A stretch of 64,000 bases of DNA from Deltaproteobacteria bacterium. GTDB lineage: Bacteria; Myxococcota_A; Polyangia; Fen-1088. The notes under the pieces were generated by a model. The model did no database searches. It saw only the letters and a list, made by a program, of their open reading frames with translations, and was not told the origin of the DNA. Both the position numbers and the translations under genes were made by a program. Positions 59,539 through 64,000 of this stretch are shown here, piece after piece. Position 1 is the first letter of the stretch. The number at the start of each line of letters is the position of its first letter. The stretch covers positions 96,001 through 160,000 of the forward strand of contig JANRKS010000024.1 of the NCBI GenBank assembly GCA_033763315.1. The letters are read 5' to 3'.

Positions 59539-59613
59539 GCCGCGTACCCTAAAGGCACCGGCTGGCGGGGGCAAGGGCAGGGCGTGCGCGAAGTGCAACA
59601 CGCGTTCGAACGC

Positions 59614-59641
59614 AAAACGCCCCGACAGGCCGGGGCGTTTT
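59614..59641 (-). terminator. Intrinsic terminator after the yceI-like gene
   Basis: AAAACGCCCCG-ACAGGC-CGGGGCGTTTT. Confidence 0.75.
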
Positions 59642-59660
59642 ACTCAAGCGCGGGCGCCCG

Positions 59661-60359
59661 TTATTTCTTGGCGGGGGCCGCGGCAGGTGCCGCCGCTGGT
59701 TTGGCAACGGGGGGCTTATCAGGAGCCGCACCAGGCGCTGCAGGCGCGGCAACGGCGGGCTTTTCCACCAGTTCGAGATCCACCTGGATCTTCACTTCGT
59801 CACCCACCACAACACCACCGGCGTCGAGGGCCTTGTTCCAGTTCACGTTGAAGTCTTTGCGGTTCACTTTGCCCGACACGCTCACGCCACGGACAACCAT
59901 GCCCCAGGGGTTCTTGATGGGCGCTGTGGGACCAGCGACATCGAAGGTCTGTGACTTGGTCACGCCACGCATGGTGAGATCACCCGTGACCTTGAACTTG
60001 TCTTTGCCGGCCTTCTTGATCGCGGTCGACTTGAAGGTGATCTTAGGGTTCGCGGCTGCATCGAAGAAATCGGGCGATTTCAGGTGTTCGTCACGCTTCG
60101 GATCGCGGGTGTCGATCGAGGCCACGTCCAAGTTGATCACAACGGTGCTCTTGGTCGGGTCTTTGTCGTCGAGGTTAACGACGCCGTCGATCTTGCGAAA
60201 GGCGCCTCGGACGTCCGTGACCATCATGTGTCGCACAGTAAAATCAGCGGAGCTGTGAGAGGCATCGACAGCCCATTCACTGGCCGAAGCCGAAGCCATG
60301 CCCACCAAAGACCCCATCCCCAAAACCGACGCCACCATCAAAGACTGCAAAGATTTCAT
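59661..60359 (-). CDS. YceI family lipid/polyisoprenoid-binding protein
   Basis: Signal peptide; W.VDASHS, RDEHLKSPDFFD, GDLTMRGVTK; SD GGAGG. Confidence 0.93.
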   Translation of the reverse strand: MKSLQSLMVASVLGMGSLVGMASASASEWAVDASHSSADFTVRHMMVTDVRGAFRKIDGVVNLDDKDPTKSTVVINLDVASIDTRDPKRDEHLKSPDFFDAAANPKITFKSTAIKKAGKDKFKVTGDLTMRGVTKSQTFDVAGPTAPIKNPWGMVVRGVSVSGKVNRKDFNVNWNKALDAGGVVVGDEVKIQVDLELVEKPAVAAPAAPGAAPDKPPVAKPAAAPAAAPAKK

Positions 60360-60446
60360 TGAGTTCCTCCAATAACGTTTCGCAAACAACCCGGGTTAGA
60401 TGCGCCTGCCGCCACCTGGTTGCAGCGTTTATCGGAAAAGATGCAG

Positions 60447-61703
60447 CTAAAGCGGGTGCCGGGATCGCCCCACGCGACGGCTCATATACGCCACGGCAGC
60501 CTTCTCCAACAGCAGCACACCCTTTTTGGTGGCCATCGGCTGTTGCAATGGGCGCCCCTCGGCCGCCCTGCGCTCGAGGGCGTCGGCCAACTGCCCCGCG
60601 AAGCCGACGTCGTTGACGTACAGGTTCACTTCATCGTAAATGCCATGCGAGAGGCTGGTGAAGTTTGCTGATCCAATGTCGCTTTGACGTCGGTCGATCA
60701 CGATCGCCTTGGCGTGCACCACACGCGGGTGAAGACGCACGATCAAATTGCCAGGCCCCGCGGCTCGTCGAAGCAGCGTGTTGCACGTGGCGCGGTTGAT
60801 GTTGCCCATCACATCGGCCCGCGCCGACGTCACCAACGTGACATCCACTCCGCGAGCGACCGCTGCCAGCAGAGATTGGGTGAAGCGAGAATCGCCAAGA
60901 TACGCCATGCCGATGTGCAAAGACTTTCGCGCAGACGCAATCAACTGCAAACGCGATTGCAGCATGGGGCACAAACGAATTCCCTGTTTGGCGCGGTTGT
61001 GCAGCAAGAAATCAAACGTGCGGTCGGCGTCGAACTCGGCCTCAGTCTGCAGGCGTGCATTCAACCGCTCAACGGCTTCTCTGCCCTCCACTTCAACCAT
61101 GAAGTCCACCCATTCGTGGTGGTGATCGTCGCCAATGCCCATGCCGCCTAGGATCAACGCGGCCTCATCGAACACCCAGACCTTGGCGTGATCAAAACGC
61201 TTGTGGGCGTGCTCGATCGTGACGCGCGGGTGGGCGCATAAGGCATCGGCTTCTTCACAACGCTGCTGGGCCAGGGGGCCCCGCACAGCGTAGGCCCGAT
61301 CCAAGAACCAGGTTTGCATCCGCTGGCCGAGCTTGATGTTCTTGTGAAACAAACTCTGCCGTGTGCCCCCGTGGTACTCGTAGCTGGCCGCCACGCGATC
61401 TTTGCGGATCACCACGTCCACACCACGTTCAGCCGCCGCCAACAGAGCACGCGCCACGGAACGGCCTGTGTCGTCGTCACGCCACACGAACGCGCGCACC
61501 TCAATGCGCCGTGTGGCAGACCCGATGCGCGCCAGGATGCGCCTATAAGCGTCGCGCCCGTCCGCAAAGATCCGGTAGCCACCGAGGCCCGCGTGAGGTT
61601 TTGCGAAATTGTGACTTGCTGCGCCGCCCGCCGCCCGTCGCTCCTCAGCCAGCCTTCGCTGCGAAGGCTCATATTCTGGCGGCAGCGGTGTCCATCCCTC
61701 CAT
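60447..61703 (-). CDS. Phospholipase D family protein (cardiolipin-synthase-like, no N-terminal TM)
   Basis: Two HKD motifs: DHAKVWVFD and VHAKAIVID...GSANF; DDDTG; AAERGVDV. Confidence 0.9.
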   Translation of the reverse strand: MEGWTPLPPEYEPSQRRLAEERRAAGGAASHNFAKPHAGLGGYRIFADGRDAYRRILARIGSATRRIEVRAFVWRDDDTGRSVARALLAAAERGVDVVIRKDRVAASYEYHGGTRQSLFHKNIKLGQRMQTWFLDRAYAVRGPLAQQRCEEADALCAHPRVTIEHAHKRFDHAKVWVFDEAALILGGMGIGDDHHHEWVDFMVEVEGREAVERLNARLQTEAEFDADRTFDFLLHNRAKQGIRLCPMLQSRLQLIASARKSLHIGMAYLGDSRFTQSLLAAVARGVDVTLVTSARADVMGNINRATCNTLLRRAAGPGNLIVRLHPRVVHAKAIVIDRRQSDIGSANFTSLSHGIYDEVNLYVNDVGFAGQLADALERRAAEGRPLQQPMATKKGVLLLEKAAVAYMSRRVGRSRHPL

Positions 61704-61762
61704 ACGAGCCGCAAGGCTTACCTCATCTCGACATCGGCGGCAATTCCGGCTAGGAAAGTCCG

Positions 61763-62584
61763 GTGAAGCTGAAGGATTACGTCACTTTAGGCAACCTGTT
61801 GGGTGGCTTCGCCGCCGTCATCGCCCTGTTCGCAGGCTCCTTTGACTGGGCTTGCTACTTTATCTACATCGCATACGTGTTCGACGTGCTGGACGGCCCC
61901 GTGGCTCGTTTGACCAAGCAGTACGACACATTTGGCGGCGTATTCGACGAGGTTTGCGATTACATCACGAACTCGGTGATGGCCAGCTTCGTGGTGTTTT
62001 ATGCCTTCTGGAAGAACGCCGGGTATCCCATGGCCTTGGCGGCGGTGATTGCGGCCTTCCCACTCACCCTCGGCTCGCTCCGGCAGGCCCGCTCGATGGA
62101 CAAGCCACTTTCTTACCCGTGTTATTGGCTGGGCCTGCCACGCCCCGTGCTCGCCTTGTTCGTGCTTTCGGTGCTCAACTCAAGCTGGTTCAACATCAAG
62201 AGCGAACCGCTCAACGTGATCGCCCCTGCCTCCGTGGCCGTTGCCATCATCGTGGGCAGCTTCTTTCACCTATCGAAGATTCCGTTTCCCAACCACCAAA
62301 AGCGCCGCTTCATGGGACCCATGTGGTTTGGGCGGCTGTGGTTCTTGGGCGGCAGCCCGATCCTGTTCGCGGTGTGCATCGCGCTTGGACACACGCGCTG
62401 GGTTTACGACTATTTGACGTTCTCGTTTGTGATGTATGTGTTTGTCTCGTGGACGCAAATTCCACCGCAGGACAAGCGACGCATCCGTCATTACATCGCC
62501 ACCGGCGAGCTTGAAAATCCGTTGGTCCACAAGGACAACACCTGGCGGCCGAGTGGCTGGGTGCCAGCGCTGTCGAAGGAGTGA
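61763..62584 (+). CDS. CDP-alcohol phosphatidyltransferase (PssA-like)
   Basis: VTLGNL; DVLDGPVARL...FGGVFDEVCD signature; GLP; multiple TMs. Confidence 0.9.
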   Translation: MKLKDYVTLGNLLGGFAAVIALFAGSFDWACYFIYIAYVFDVLDGPVARLTKQYDTFGGVFDEVCDYITNSVMASFVVFYAFWKNAGYPMALAAVIAAFPLTLGSLRQARSMDKPLSYPCYWLGLPRPVLALFVLSVLNSSWFNIKSEPLNVIAPASVAVAIIVGSFFHLSKIPFPNHQKRRFMGPMWFGRLWFLGGSPILFAVCIALGHTRWVYDYLTFSFVMYVFVSWTQIPPQDKRRIRHYIATGELENPLVHKDNTWRPSGWVPALSKE

Positions 62585-62676
62585 GCGTTAGTTGACGAGC
62601 GTTGCGGCCCGGCTGAAAATGTGCCGGGTTGCCCTCGAACGAAGCGAACGCGTCACGCGGTGCCAGACCGCGAGCC

Positions 62677-64000
62677 ATGCGCCTTTTTGTGTGCGGGCTG
62701 TGCCTGGCATTCTTGGCGATATACGCGCGCACGTGGCACGCGGGGTTTGTCTGGGACGATCCCATATGGGTGGTGAACAACCCTCGTTTAACGGAGCCGC
62801 TGCTCGCGGGTCTGTCAACCACGCAGCACGCGCACATGGGCGCGGCCGCAACCGATGCGGTTCACCCGGCGTATGAAAGTTATCGACCGCTGGCGTTTGC
62901 TTCGGTGTGGCTGGATCACCATTTTTTCGGCGCCAACCCAGCGCCGATGCATGTTGAAAACCTCTTGTGGGGTTTGCTCTATGCACCGCTTGTGCTGTGG
63001 GTCGCGCGCGCATTGCTTGTCCGCGAAGTTGCGGCAGCCACAGCGACCGCGATGTTCTTGCTTCACCCCATGCAGGTGGAGGTGTTCGCGTATATCTGCA
63101 CGCGGGGAGACATCCTTGCGGGCCTGTGCGCCCTGGCGGCGGTGGGTCTGGTTGTTCAGCGAAAGCCGCGGGCATCGATCGCACGGCTTGTTTGTGTGTG
63201 TCTATTGTTTTTGTTGTCGCTGCTGGCAAAGGAGTCGGCCATCGGCTTGCCCTTCGCTTTGGCGGCGTTGGGTGTGGCGTGCCGAAGGCTTCGCCTGTGG
63301 TTTCCCGGATTGTTGGCGATGCTGGCGGCCATTGGGTTTTACCTGGTGTTGCGCGTGCAATTGGTTGGCGCGGGCAACACATCAGTGTCAAAGGCGGAGG
63401 CGCTCACGGCGCTTATCAACCTGCCAGGCATCGCCCTGGCGTACGCGCAAAGCTTTGTCTGGCCGTTCGACCTGTCCATCGCGCGGCCTGTGCATACCGA
63501 GTACACGGCCGCCGGCTGGGCACTAACCTTGATCTCTGCGCTGTTCTTGTTGTGGCGCAACCTGCGTAAGCGACTTGATAACCAGCCGATCGATGATCAA
63601 CCGTCGTTTGCCGCATGGGCGGCGGCGGGATGGCTTTGGCTCGTGTGCTTGGTGGGGCCGTCAGCGGTTGTTGCCATCACACAAAAGGCAGCCGGTGACA
63701 GATACGCACACCTTGGCGTCTTGGGGTTGTGCTTGCTGGGCGGCACAGGCGCTGTCTGGGCTTTTGATAGCACCACCAAAGCTTCGCCGTCGTGGCTGCA
63801 ACGACCTATCGTGCGTCGCCTGGCTCAAGCGGTGGTGGGAGCCTTCGCGATCACTTTGTTGGTTGTCACCTTCATACAGGTATCGTTTTGGCGCAACAAC
63901 GTCGCCCTTTACCAGCGCGCCTTGCAGCTTGAGCCCCAAAGCGCGTTCGCAAACTATCAGGTGGGTTACCTGTATGCGCAAGCGCGGCGTTGGCCCGAAG
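62677..64000 (+). CDS. TMTC-like GT-C glycosyltransferase with C-terminal TPR; runs off the right edge
   Basis: Not in the ORF track. Manual translation: MRLFVCGL...GFVWDD...YRPL...HVENL...FLLHPMQVE...R.D...LLAKES...DRYAH...WRNNVALYQRALQLEP. Confidence 0.85.
   Translation, partial: MRLFVCGLCLAFLAIYARTWHAGFVWDDPIWVVNNPRLTEPLLAGLSTTQHAHMGAAATDAVHPAYESYRPLAFASVWLDHHFFGANPAPMHVENLLWGLLYAPLVLWVARALLVREVAAATATAMFLLHPMQVEVFAYICTRGDILAGLCALAAVGLVVQRKPRASIARLVCVCLLFLLSLLAKESAIGLPFALAALGVACRRLRLWFPGLLAMLAAIGFYLVLRVQLVGAGNTSVSKAEALTALINLPGIALAYAQSFVWPFDLSIARPVHTEYTAAGWALTLISALFLLWRNLRKRLDNQPIDDQPSFAAWAAAGWLWLVCLVGPSAVVAITQKAAGDRYAHLGVLGLCLLGGTGAVWAFDSTTKASPSWLQRPIVRRLAQAVVGAFAITLLVVTFIQVSFWRNNVALYQRALQLEPQSAFANYQVGYLYAQARRWPE

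Noticed and set aside
1-64000. Mobile elements, prophage, CRISPR, tRNA/rRNA, recoding or frameshifted genes
   Set aside because: No transposase, integrase or phage motifs, no repeat-spacer array, no cloverleaf in the short intergenic gaps, and all recognised genes read through intact in the standard code.

Overview
High-GC bacterial chromosomal segment, almost certainly Myxococcota: it has a Pkn-type Ser/Thr kinase, PilZ/PEGA envelope proteins, a DUF1552 protein, Cys-rich lipoproteins and a recA resembling myxobacterial RecA1. About 46 densely packed CDSs. Housekeeping genes (thiD, recD2, ihfB, serS, adk, aroA, recA, comM, hisBHF, proBA, pgk, gmd, sahR-ahcY) are interspersed with envelope and signalling genes (TPR-tonB-exbB-exbD-exbD, two histidine kinases, many lipoproteins, GH31, PLD, CDP-alcohol phosphotransferase, TMTC-like GT-C). 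I saw no rRNA, tRNA, CRISPR array, transposase, integrase or phage genes. Best leads: (1) a comM-recA1 operon behind a sigma54-type promoter and an upstream palindrome; (2) an uncharacterised HTH regulator translationally coupled to a Cys-rich vWA lipoprotein, with an inverted repeat abutting its RBS; (3) a TPR-dynamin fusion; (4) pervasive leaderless promoter architecture; (5) an orphan DUF1552 gene with 15-bp direct repeats; (6) a TAAC-loop hairpin array upstream of an acidic-tailed IHF. All family calls are by-eye motif recognition, not database searches, and many start codons are best estimates.
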